A stretch of DNA of 64,000 bases, from positions 16,372,848 to 16,436,847 of the forward strand of contig CM120643.1 in the NCBI GenBank assembly GCA_051362555.1, in the 5' to 3' direction. Within the stretch, counting starts at the first letter, position 1; every line of letters starts with the position of its first letter. This document shows, in pieces, positions 33,394 to 47,000 of the stretch. The notes below the pieces were generated by a model. The model was not told where the DNA came from, searched no databases, and saw nothing but the letters and a program-made list of their open reading frames with translations. A program made the translations under genes and the position numbers. Origin of the DNA: Lingula anatina. Lineage: Eukaryota; Animalia; Brachiopoda.

Positions 33394-35033
33394 CACTTTC
33401 TTGGGTTTTACTTACCCGTTTGCCTTACTGGGATTATATAATTTTGCACTGTATCTGAAGGTAAGTTATTATATTATTTTGTTGTGTTTCAAAATGCTAT
33501 CTCGTTTTGGTATTACTGAGATTTTATTTGATTCTCCAAGAAATGTTATTGGCATGAGAAAAAGACCCTGAATGTGAGATTGGTGAAAAAGTTTTAATGT
33601 TATGTAACCTGTTGCGTTTTAATGCGAAACGATGAAAAAATCATGCACATTTGTCATCATAAAGTTTGTATGAATTATTAGAAAGGCACGATGGTCTGGT
33701 TAATACGCGCTCTCTGTTTATTTATTTATATACACCGCGTACTTTACACAGTTTCGTAAGAATGAATATTAGACTTTTACAAATAGAAAACGTGTTTAAT
33801 GGACATGGATTTTTAAACCCACGTGAAATAAGTGAAGAGACGAAGACCTCGTTACATGCACTTCAAAGGTGTAACATGTATTAATTCAGTTTGAATATAT
33901 TACATTATTCTAAATAACTCTGTTGTATCATAATTAGTTAGTGTTCAGTCGCGGAGCTTTTAGTTCGGATCAAAGTAGGAAGAAGTAACTTTTCCATAAA
34001 AAAAGTTCATTTTGGTAGCGGTGGGTTGACTCAGACTGAATTTAAAATTGAAAGTCTTGAAAGAAGTTTAGTAACTCTTTTACGCAACACACCTTTAATG
34101 TTTGCTTGACATGCAGCATAGCTCAGCCATCTTTGGGCGTAGAGAAGTTATTTCTGTGAGACATACCGTTACAGAAGATGAACAACATGGCACCTGGCAA
34201 TGATTAATGTAGTAATAATGGGAATAATATTTATATAACCCAAAAACTCTTTGTGTAATCTCAGTTCACATGTATGTCGTTATTAATCTTAACCACGTTT
34301 CAGCTATCCACCCAGTTGGGAAATATGGTTCTATAGAAATAGTTGCTAAGTACCACGTATTTCGTCTCAGTTATGTGGTGTGTGCATGAACATAGATAGA
34401 TAGACAAAAGGTGGGAAAACCCACGATTTGGAAAATAAGGAACAGATGACTTCTTGTGTCCAGTTGAAATTATGAATATATGTATATATAATTATGTGGA
34501 AAAGCGGAGAAAAACAGTAATTTGAAATGAAAAAAAAAAGATAATGCTGGACATTAAAAAGTATAAGATATATTGGTGCTTTTAAAATAGTCAAGTTCTT
34601 CAAAATTAAGAATTAACATTTGAATGAAACTGTTCACTAAATTACAATGTAATTGGTAGTGTTTGGTCTTATCATTTACGACCCACGCACGGGTGTTTTG
34701 CTACACATAAACTCCCCCTTTTTAAAGAAGATTCTAATGAATTGATCAAGCAACAGATAAAGAAATGTAGACTACCATGATAGAGAGAAACTAACAAAAT
34801 TATTATCATTAAAAAGAAATACAGGTGTGCTACAGTGTAATAGAAAATATATGCATTCACTTATCTGGTTTAATGGTCAGAATATGGAATATCAAAAACG
34901 TGTATTTAGTATGCAGACTTGTGTTTCGAGTTTGGAAAGAGTGTTTGATTGTTGGATATACTAGTATTTTATATATTCCTGTTGGACAAACACGAGGGCT
35001 AAATATAAACTGTGTGGTTCTTTTATAATATAT

Positions 35034-35035
<2 letters not shown>

Positions 35036-35116
<81 letters not shown>
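35036..35116. repeat. Compound (CT)n(AT)n microsatellite
   Basis: Read directly. Confidence 0.95.
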
Positions 35117-35119
<3 letters not shown>

Positions 35120-38100
35120 ATCGAGTCGGAATATCGCGTTTATACTGTTAAAAGTCCTTAAATGGCCTATATCTTGTTAATTATTTTATGTGTGCCCCCG
35201 TCTAGGTAAGATTAAAGGCATCCTTAACGGGACACAAAACAACACTACCACAAAATATGCGATAAATTAATGAAAATGTTTTTTAGTGACGTTCAAAAAA
35301 TAACTTTCACCACAACTGTGTTTCCTTCTAAGTCACGTGACCTCAGACACCTTGTCCGATTTTGAGGTAACAGATATTGAGAAAGCATGGTAATCACAGG
35401 CAATAAAAGGTTGTGGTTATGGAAAAAAATTATTTCTTTGTCATTTTTATGGTATTCATTAGTCAAAATCAGCGAGAAGAAAAAAGTGGATATCTCATTC
35501 CCTCATGTTAAAAAATGACAGAACCGAGAAGATATTTGATCCAGAATGGACTTTAACTGGCCAAAAGGGTGATTCTTTCTTAGCCTAGTCCCCTCCCCCG
35601 GTCCATTTTGAATGTGCACATGTGCTTAAAAAGTTATGGAACATGAGTTATAAAACATGAAGGTGTGAGACGGATTAAAAACCCATAACCATCTGACTAA
35701 AATATTCTTTAGTCTAATTGTGCAGGTTTTCATGAACCGCGTCCTTTAATTTACAATACAGTGCGCATTAATATTTGCCCTCTTTTCCAGGTATATCGTA
35801 CTGTAATGTATGAATTAATTAGTATTTGTAGAATATCTGCATAAACTCGATTTTTTGCTGTAATTCTTATCTTAAAGTTTTCACATTGTGTAAACGCAAC
35901 TAGTCTAACTGTATTTAATCACCCAAAAACTGAATGCTTTAATTACCAAACTGCATTATTCACTATAAAATGAAAAATTCTTGAACATTAAATGCGGTTA
36001 GATTTACAAGTATTTATGGTTTAGTCCCATAGATAGCATAAAGGTCAGTTGAAGGTCAAGTGTTGACCCCATAATGTGTCTATATATGATACGCAATTCA
36101 ACCATTAAGTTATGGTGACTTATGTACTGGACCAAATTGTTATATATTGCATGATGACCGGAATTAAGATTTTCTGTGACTTACTCATTCTTCTTCAAAG
36201 TAATAAACAGGATGTGATGATTTTGTGTAACGAAGTTTAATTGAAATTATTAAGACAACGAAGGTTAATGCATTTACATGTATTACATGTAGTGCAAAGG
36301 TAGTTCGAAGATATCTTCAACTCCGTGTGACTTGTCTTTACCCACATTTCCACCAGAATGTCACAATTGATTGAATATGTGCTGTGTAGAATATGTGAGT
36401 CGGCGATACAGTACACAATTTTGCTTGATGCACGTACTAGTACCAATAACGGAACATATTGTAATGCATCGAGATGGAGGGAGGGAGAAAGGAAGGGAGG
36501 CTGGAAAGCAAGGGAAATATGAGGTATATACTGTTGTAAGGGTTTGTTTTCCGTTCAAAAAATCAGTTAGAAATAATTTTATGTTTTTCACATGAACTAT
36601 TCACAGTAAATATGACATCCTCTTCACTCTTGATGGGGCCTGTCTTTTTATGAAGGGTTCAACAACCTGCGCCGACAAGGTTTTTCAACAGTAAAAATAC
36701 TGAAATCGTAAGATATTTTATTGGTGTTAAAAGGCAAATGTTCCAGTAGTGAACTAGATACATAAATTAAATTTTACCTACGGAAAAGCCGATACCAAAC
36801 CCACAGACGTGTTTGTCAATTTTGATTTAAATTGATCACTATTGCGATCACCGAAATTGACACCTGTTAAACTGTTCATGTGTAGGATTAGCACAACTAA
36901 CTTGAGGTAATATAAATGAAATCATTTTCGAGCCATCTGCAGTTGTATCAAAACTCCTGTTCGTTTACACAGATAGCATGATACACAGATATCCATTTAA
37001 TAAACTGCGCACTTTTAATCACGCATGATCCTACGTACATGTATGGTGCCACTGGGAAATAGCGTGACAGCACAATCAGTAATAAAACCCTCAAATGCTT
37101 TTTTAACAAAAAAAACCAGATGACCCTCTTCGCAAAGTTCACGCCTCCCTCTTAGAATTCACACCCCTATCTATATATTACGTGTGAATATAAATAACTG
37201 CAAAATATGAGAATATAACCTATCTTTAGTTCTTGATTTTCTGCTAACCTGGCGCTTAGCGCCAGACACCGAATGCCCCTAAAAAGAAATGCCAAAAACC
37301 GTATCTATGTTTTAACACTTAATTAAGCTATGAGTAAGAACATAAAGTTGAGGGCTGACTCCCCGTTTTACTGGACTCCCTGAGACGGGTGTTTCCCACA
37401 AGATGGTATACGCCTTAACCCTGATTCACTCCTATATCTACACCGAGCCACTAACAAATGTCATGAGTAACAGCAAAAAAAAAAGAGAAGTTAAGTCTTC
37501 GTAAATACTCCCCTCACGCACAACACTGTATTTCACTGTCTTGATGACAATCGCCCTGGTTTGCGCGAGAGCGGACCCCTTACGTGAGAAACACCATTAA
37601 TTCCCTCACAGCCACACCGTTCAGCTTTAAGATGCACGTTGTGCCCCCCTTTCCAAAATGACTTATTCATGCTAAGACAATGGAGTTAGTCATTGTCAAA
37701 TAAAGGCCGATGTTATTTCGTTTCTTTTCCGTAGTGTGTGCAAGAGACCAAGTCCCCGACAACCTGTTTGTCGACTCCAAGCTGGGCAAGGAAGCATTAA
37801 GGAGTAAAGGGAGACTTTATGGTGCAAGGTATGTCGATATTTTTGTCAAACAGTCTACGAATCGGGAAATAATTTCAAAAGCCACCTGAGACGACTGGTC
37901 ATACTCTCCTCCATCTATAAATTGCATGGTTTATCAGATATATAACCAAGTCGTGCGGGACTCGGTCCCAGATGTTCGGTATTAAACGGTAAACCTGTTC
38001 CTTTAAACTAAATCTACACTGAAACCGATTTTGAAAAATCTTGCTATGCCGATTTGTTGTCTTAGAACTGTGATAAGTACATTAAATGAGTTCTCCTTCC

Positions 38101-41100
38101 TGCCCTAGCAAATAATCTCTAACCTGTACAAGGTAAGGTTATTGGTAACCTTTAAATATAACAGTCCTTAATATTTTAGTAGGGAGGACAGTGCATTGCG
38201 GTGGTTACAAAAATGTCATTAAAAAAGTGGAAAGCAAGGGTAAACAAAAAAAATTCTCCTCTCCGCAACATATTTTTATATATTGCATGTGGCTAGGCCA
38301 GGATAAAAAACATATTCATTTGATTATGGTTCTTATCAGATAAGATTACGATATTATTCTCAGCGCTTTTGTCGTCAGAAATTCATATCTGAGGTTCTAC
38401 ACCAAACTGTGGTCACTTCGAGAAATTATATCTCATAATTTTTGTAATTTATGTAACCACAGTCGTGTTAGGGTGTGGTTGGAACATGATGTCCAACATG
38501 TTTAAGATAACTGATATTTCCTCCCGGCAATCCGTTAACCCACAGCTCTTCCGGTATTGTCTTTTGCTGTCCTTTTTTTAATATGTGTATATGTAAAGAA
38601 TATTGTTATCAATTATGTAGTTTATGAAGAAAGGTTTTGACCGATTGTGGCCAGCATTTGGTTAATTGAACATGGGGCAAGGTCTAAGAATCAAAAGTCA
38701 ACAGCTCGTTGCCAGGTTTTGGTAACGTAGTCACACAGTATCCATTATGTTTGTGACATCGCAAAATGTTTTTGGTGTAATTCTTAAGCTAATGACGGAG
38801 GAAAATAGTTGAGGTTTTGCCCGTCTTGTTTACACGTATCGGTTTAGACACAAGTCGGCCATCCAACTAGTGGTGTATATTGTGAGAAATTGATAATCTG
38901 TTTTGAAATTCTTTGGAAATATCTACTAGATCTAGATTCTTTGGAAATATCGGCCTTTTTCTTTAATGTTGTCCAGTTAAATACCCTGGGTGTGTGACAG
39001 TTAACCAATAATTTGACACTATTTTCACAAATATGCATTCATTAAAGAAATGCAGATAGTATTCATTACCGTTATCTGTAATTTGTGCACCAAAACGACT
39101 GCTTCAATGGACCGGTCTATAATTTGATAAAGCAATTTGAAACAGTGACAACGTTTATTTAGCGGTCACTAAATGATAAATTAAATAAGGTGTTCTTTTG
39201 TTTGCAGGCACGCAAACACTGTTGTGTAATATTTCAAAAATTTATTGGCAAATCTTGACATCGTTAGAAAAGTAGTAAATGTTACATTAAATTAATATAA
39301 TGGATACTGTTTTTTAATTATTGTACATATAACTCACAAGGACAATACCTGATATGGCCTTGAATGATTTTGTGTAGGGTGGCACAATCGACATAATTTT
39401 TACTTTGAAAAGATTTATGTCATAGGAATCTATATTTATCAGTCTGTCTCAACAAACAATTAAAACAATACACATAAAGAAAATATGAAAGTGAATGATA
39501 ATGACAAATATAGAAAACAGAAGTAGACCCGTTAAAATGTGTTGTTTTGTAAGGTGCCATGCACGGTGACGATAAAAATATAAAACAATACAGAAAACTA
39601 AGTGGAAACAGTGACACGCATGACTTCCTTGTTAAGTCATCTCAGAGACGAGGGGTGGGGCGTGTTGAATGTATACAGTAAACCATTGTACACTGTACCA
39701 TTTCGCGGCATGCAGCTTCATATTAAACAGATGTTAAACTGTGATTGCGATGATAAGTGACATGAATTTGACATAGATGAGCACAGAATTTGCCAAATGT
39801 TTTGCACCAAATGAGGAATATATTGAGCACGCAATGTGCATGTTTTTTTTTTTAGAAGTATTAACCTTTATATGAACATGTATTCGCTGACGTATTTTAA
39901 TAAGCTCACTCTCCTTTTATTCATATCTGTTTACGATAGGGAAACAATGCATCTTTTGAACCCTGCATTTTCTCATGCACGGGGGTAGCCCAAGGTTGAT
40001 CATACATATACCATCAAAGTAAAACTGAATAGATTTATGATTTCAGAGAGAGAATGGACTGAAATCCGTGTTGTGAGAAGACAAGTAAGGGCATGCTGTC
40101 CTTGCTCTGAATCTTTCGTACACATTGTGTTTAATGTGTCAAATGGATGAAACTGCAGTTTCATTGTACCAGGCATTTTCTTGTCCGGCTTTGTTTGCAA
40201 GATAACACATGAAGGTGATGGCGTTAAATGAGTGCTGCAGTTCAAATGAGTTGAAGTGTCGCAGACACAAGTGACGTTTAGTGTTTTCGTTACTCCGTAA
40301 CTTTTTATATTTTGATGAAATGTTATACATTAGGAGGTTGCCTTCCGTATCAATTGTGTCACACTCGTTGGGGGAAAAAAACAAAATAAATAAATAAATA
40401 AAATGAATAAATATAAAGTACTGTCCATTAACGTAACACACTTTGCTTTATATAAAAGCTGTCCTTTACAGTGGAAATTTTAGCATTACAATGCCGTGTT
40501 TTTGATATTCATATTAATTATCTAGACTTGGCATGGACTTGTGATAAGGTAGGGGGAAATACAGGCACAGTCTTTTCGAGCCACTTCATTAATAAGGGAC
40601 TTGCATCTATTCTTTATTGTAACCCTCGAACTGACCTGGCCATTGTTATACGCTGTACATCCATCTCAATGAATAACAAATTTACCTTATATAATTTAAG
40701 TGAGATGCTTTAATAATATGGTAAGTCACACGAGCGCGAAGGTTCATGAGTGAGTTTACTGTGTTTAAACCCTCGTTGTATAAACCGTAGATTACGTTAA
40801 TGCTACCTTTCTGTCACTGTCGCTTTTCCTTATCAAACAGAATACCCTGTGCTCCTCTTTACCATTCAGATGGCCCTTAAAAATGTGTCGTTGGTCACGC
40901 TAGTAACTTCTGACACCATGGAAAAGTTAAGAGGCCATCGTCTGCTCGTCTTCATCTCGGTGTAGTTTCGGTGCAGGCGATCGTGTTAGATTTACAAAAC
41001 GCACACATGCACCCGTGACGTAAAATTGCAACGTCGGAAATTACAGCGCCTGTGTTTTTATAATCAGTGAGTAACTGCGTCTCAGTTAAGGGCTCAGGTT

Positions 41101-42998
41101 ATGTCAAGGGGAATCTATGCTAACAATGTAGACAGTGGGGAGCCGTTTTCCACATATTGGTGAGTTAATGGCACAATTAACGGTTTGCTAGCTCAAGTTT
41201 GACTACTATACCAGTGCATAACCTTACAGCACTGTTCGATAGGCATGACCATTGTAACCAGGATTTTAAAAAATCCTTCAAAACGTCGATCCAAGCTTGA
41301 GATATATACAACAGAACACATGGACCAATACATAGTACTGTAAACGAACAGAGCGGAATTCTTGAAAACAATAGTTTGAACAAAATAAGCAATGTTTGAC
41401 ACAATCATGTTATAATTCATCTTACGTGAATCTCATCGTGTTAGGATTTAAAAATAATGAACACAGCCATGGGTTATAGGTTGGTAGTAGCACGGTTATT
41501 ATCAGTATATCCTAGTTGCTTGCAACTAATCCAGCACGTGGTGTCTGAAATGTATGTAGACGAAGATAATTTTACAATACTTTATACCCAAGAAAGGGTG
41601 AAAAGATGCAAACCTTTTGGCGACCATTTCTTATGTAAGACTCTGTATTTAATGGGAAGAGACACAGGACACATTTGTCGAGACGTGACAAATATCGTCT
41701 GCAGTCGGGATAGCACTCAAGATGTGTTTACATGTGATAATCCGGTACTATCTACAAGACAATGACATCGACGACAAGGGCTGATTTTAACCTGGGTCTT
41801 TGAGTATTTGACTAAGACAACGCTGATTTTAGTGTATAGAGTAGATTTTTGTCAATAAGGGGTGGGGGTGAAAAAATACATATAAATAATTTGCAACGCA
41901 GATCTGGTGGGTAAAACTACAGTAGAGGTCCTTTGCTAAGTACATGTACCTCCATAAGTAACAACATGACGCCAGATCTCTCTATAAATAACATGTACAC
42001 CCCCCCTAAACGAAAAAAAAACGAAACAGCATTCTTCCTGGCAACGGGGGTAGAGAAAGCTGACTAAAATACCCCAACCCCCGTTTCTTGGTGTCCTACA
42101 TATGTACATCCAGTGGTGTGGGCCTACCACAGCAACCGTCAGTGGCATACATAAAATCACAAATTACCCCAAGAAATTAAACAAATGATCTTTAATGGTC
42201 TTTTTATACCTGCTCTTATGTTCTCTGTGACACACAGATATTCAATGCGGTTACCGTTTAACAGAAACAGTTTGGTTCGTTGATTTATGTATGAAGACAC
42301 TAAGTAGGGTGTATGATGATCTATTGCTGATTTGAAGAGAAGTATTTTTATTGAACGTGAAAAGCAAGGGAGGGGGTTCTAAGGAACCAGTCTTTGGTCG
42401 GCAAAATATTTGATGTGATAAAAGTACATGTATGTCAAACAGTATGTTCTTAGGCTTCACAGGGTCATACACAGACACTGTCAGATCATCTTAAAATATC
42501 ATTTTCACAATATGCGCTGTTGCTGTTATTTTCTTTTTATGTAAAATATATTAATGAATTCATAAATGGCATGAAATTGAAAGAGATCTATAAACTCTTT
42601 TTGATTTAGAAAATGTACGCATGAATGATAACAAGTGCCACAAAAACCAAACCCGAAGCTGTTCCTCGTTGTTGGTAGGATGATTGAGTATCTTGAAGAC
42701 GACCGTCATGTTTACACAGTTGGATAAATAAAGGTCATTATTAACTCATCAGAATCAATTTAGCTCCATTTGCAATGCCACAGTGAAGATTCTAAACATC
42801 GTGCTGAAAACGCACACTAAATCTTTTTAAACTCCAATGAATTACTTTTATTTTGTTTAATTTGCATGCATTACGCACGCCTTATCTTAATATTGCGTCA
42901 GCAATTACAGCCACGTGGAATGCGCTAGAAGTATTTTTTGCTCCCTTGTAGTATCACCAAGGGTTTTGCTCTTTAAAATAGGAGTGGGTACTTCAGAA

Positions 42999-43033
<35 letters not shown>

Positions 43034-44059
43034 GAAAGTGTTGAATAACAGTGAACAAGTTACGGCTGGCAAGTACACGTTTTGGGTACAATTCCTTTTC
43101 TTTGAGATTATCAGGAGACAACAGGAGCTACGGTAGTTTACATGCACAAGGAAACAAAAGTTAATTGACCATGGAAGTCTTATTCATAATCTTCATAGTC
43201 ATATATTGACTCACACACTCTTAGCTTTAATCTCGCCATCTTTTTCATTCCAGCGTGAAAACCAGTGCCCGCTACCAGTTTGTCAACAGACGTGGATAAA
43301 CCGCGGCAATTCATAGTCTGGAATAGGGACAAAAGTGTCAAAAGTGCACTCGAACCACTGGGCGGTCAAACGAGTGTCTCCGATGGCGCAGTGACTTTTG
43401 TCACCAGCGATCTTCGATTTTGAACCGATATATTTCACTGTGCCATATCGATATTGGAACAGTTTAGTTTGTGGTGAGTACAACAGAGGGCCATAGTATG
43501 CGATAAGCATATTTTGTTTAAAAGTATGTATAAAATCGCCATAGAAGAATAGCCTCTGTATTTGGACACACACACACACATCATATTGATATATAAGTAA
43601 AATAATGTCCATTTATATTGTCTGGGGGTTATTTACATAACTGCCGGAAAAGGGGTACACAGGTTTGTTCTTGACGCGATACTATTACCTTATTTGAAAT
43701 ATCATAATATGACAAATTTATATCCGATTTTCATAAATAGCAAAGTTTGGAATTTTTATAACTGCTACGTATTTGATTGCGTGGAAGGTTTTGGACTCCA
43801 TTTCTTCTCATTTGAAGGATTGGACAGTTTCTACTTTGAACTCATAATGTACAAAGTCACACCATCTTCGTGCATTGTAACAGGCGTTCTTTGTCAATTG
43901 TTTAAAGGCATGTTAGATATATTTTCGTAACCTTTTTTTACCCACAGGGCACAATGAATGTTGCATGGAAATCAGTTTATTTTTCTCCAGCATAAAACCA
44001 ATGAATGTTTTTTTTTTAGATTCCAGCCATATCTACTGCATAAAGAACCAAAAAATAAA

Positions 44060-47000
44060 ATGGTGCCAAACATTTGTAAAGGAAATGGAAATCTACTGTT
44101 AGCCTTGCTTATATTCACAGGTAAGAAACGATTTCCATGGGAAACTGCATTCAGTCTAAGTCCATATTGTATTCAACCTCCCATGTTTTATACGGCTTAA
44201 TTATACGATGAAATAAGTGAAGAAACATCTTTATATATATCCTGCTGAAGACACAAGTTAATTATATGACATTTGGCGAGTGTTTGATATTGAAAAATAT
44301 CTTCTACAATAGTGACTGCGGAAAGACGACATCTCAGGATTGAAAGGGTTACAAATATAGTTCTTATGGAAACTTCGATTAGGCTATATGTATTTGTGAA
44401 AATCACTGGTCAAAGACCTATACGCATAGTTGTCATGGTGAACATGGAAATGACTTTCATATTATCAGTGTTGACCTGCCGTTCATATTGGAGGCGGGAC
44501 CGTTGGTTTTATCGGATGGAAATCGTGGTTCTTATCTAGAGAAATAATCAACACGATTCCAATTAACTGCTGTGTATCTCCCCACCGAGTTCACCATGGG
44601 GTTAGGTGTCACAATGCACCTGTGCACGGCTTTTTTAAGGCCGGAAACTAGGTGCTGGAACAACATCCAGGCGTGACACTGACCCCAGGGCTTTGTTTGT
44701 TTGAGCTCAAATTTTGGACGGCTTTTTATGTCCATTTGGACACAGGGTAAATCTACAGTAGTTCCACTGAATCGAATATATCCCCTGTTTTATGACAAGA
44801 GGCAAATGGATAATGTTTGAGTCCAATACGTATTGGATTAAAGTGGACCTCTGTGATTTATCTTGACCTGAAGTAGACCAATTTTTGGGTATTTAAATAA
44901 GCTGGCCCTAAACCCACTCTGAAGCCTTAAATAAACGGTCCTCGTACCCATGCCCCCTCCCTCTCTTCTTAGTAAAATCTTGAGTGTTGCAATAAAGATA
45001 GGGGAAACAATTTGGGTTTTGTATTCCTTTGATTTGTGGTGATAAGAGATGTGCATATTCATCTCAATTCAATTTCGTTTAGATAAGGAGAGAGCGAGTG
45101 TGCTGACTAATGACATTATCTCGGTAAATGTATGTCCCTTTGTTTTTTAATAGATTGCCACATAGAAGACAGAGGTCTAACCGTTTAACGTACATTTACT
45201 TGTGTCATATTCTGCACTTACAGTTGTTGAATTTATTTGAACAAAATTTTTCAAGGTCTGATACAGTTGGTAGTTATGATGCAATATTTTTTTATCTGCT
45301 GAGTCACTCACCATCACGTTCCTGCATTTTCAAAAAGTTAAATAGCGGAGTGAGAAAAATAATAAATTAAAACAGAAGTGAAAATCCACGTTATAACTGT
45401 TACCATAAAAATCTTTAGTAAAGATCCTTCTTAGCGTGAAGTAAGATCACTAATTCATAAAATTAAAACCATGCGATTTTCATTTTGTATCTCCATTTTT
45501 GAAAGAATAGAACATATCTTTTACCCAGGCTCTCCAGATACCATTTAAATCTAAATTTATTCTTAGATAATTGCAGAATGAAAATACAAAACACACTCTT
45601 TCCTTTCTTCAGCTGGCTTCAAGCTCACAGTACAACAAGGTTTTGCCTGCCCCGGGGAAGGCATGTACCCAGACCCCAACTCTTGTATATACTTTTATGC
45701 CTGCGACTCCCTGGGGTTACCTTCGGAAAGAACCTGTCCTATAGGTGGACAGCTTTTTGATGCCGACTCAAAGCAGTGCAAGTTTCCAGAGGACCTCACG
45801 GACCAGTGCAGAGCCAATGGTGACAGGTTCAGCTCAGGTAAGTTTCAGAAAAACCACCGGCTGTGGAGAGTGGGGGCGGGGGGATCATTTACAGAAAGCG
45901 AAATGGGCAAAACCAGAACTCATGTAAGACAGCATGGTTGCTGACTCCATGGCATTTTCAAGTCCTGACATATCTTTATATTATATAAAATCTTCGCATT
46001 ATGTAAAGAAAAGTTAGAAAGGATTGTGAAAGAGACATTAAGAGGTCCATTATATATTTTCAAGACCATTTTAGATATGAAAAGCTTGGATATATTACCT
46101 ACTTACACGAATACGATACGCCATAAAAAGAAGCAAAAGCAATGATTCATTACCATTGCATTTCCCATAACGAAAGCAACGACTGTTTCACATGTTATCA
46201 CAATTGCGCGTATATCCACAGGGTCTGGAAGCACGGAACAGCCGGTATCTTCCAACGGCTTCATTTGTCCGGAGAGAATGGGCTTTTTCCCCCACGTGAC
46301 GGAGTGCCAGGTATTTTACCAGTGCATAGAGTTCGTGCCTCAGCAAGTGACATGTTTGGAGGGATGGGCCTTTGACACCAGGAGCAACAGGTGTCTGTTG
46401 GAATCCAACGTCAGGGACTGCACCAATGGAAAGAGGCGCACGGGTGAGTTGGGTAAACTCTCGATCGACATGATTTGTGTCATTGATATAATATAATGCA
46501 ATGCAATGCTATTTAATGTGATACAATACAATAAAATACAATACAATACAATACAATATAATACAACTACGGTCCAGCCCATCTTCAGTTTAAACGATTA
46601 CATTTAAAACTCATATCTAACCATATGTTTCATTATTTAGAAAAAAAATGCAGATAGGAATACAGTAGGCATAGGGGTAGTATTTAACAAACAAAGCAAT
46701 GGTATACATTTCATATTCTTTTCTGTTAGTTCCACACTGTGAACTTTTGAAAAGCCACATTCCTTTTATTGGCGTTGAGACATGACCTGTTCATTGCTAT
46801 CTTGAACATTTATTAAATGGAAAACTAAATCATTTTTCGTCCTCTTGTACTAGATATGTCAAAAACATCCACAATTGTTAGAAACACTGGAACAAGATGC
46901 ACAACAGAGGGCATCATCACGCCTCACGAGACCGACTGTACCCAGTATTATGTGTGCTCCCAGCAACAGCTCCAGCTGCGCCAGTGTACCTCACCGTTAT

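Noticed and set aside
31100-43900. Numerous 60-110-aa ORFs in the intergenic/5' region
   Set aside because: AT-rich, low-complexity translations with no domain motifs or consistent exon chain; no transposase or reverse-transcriptase motifs recognised.
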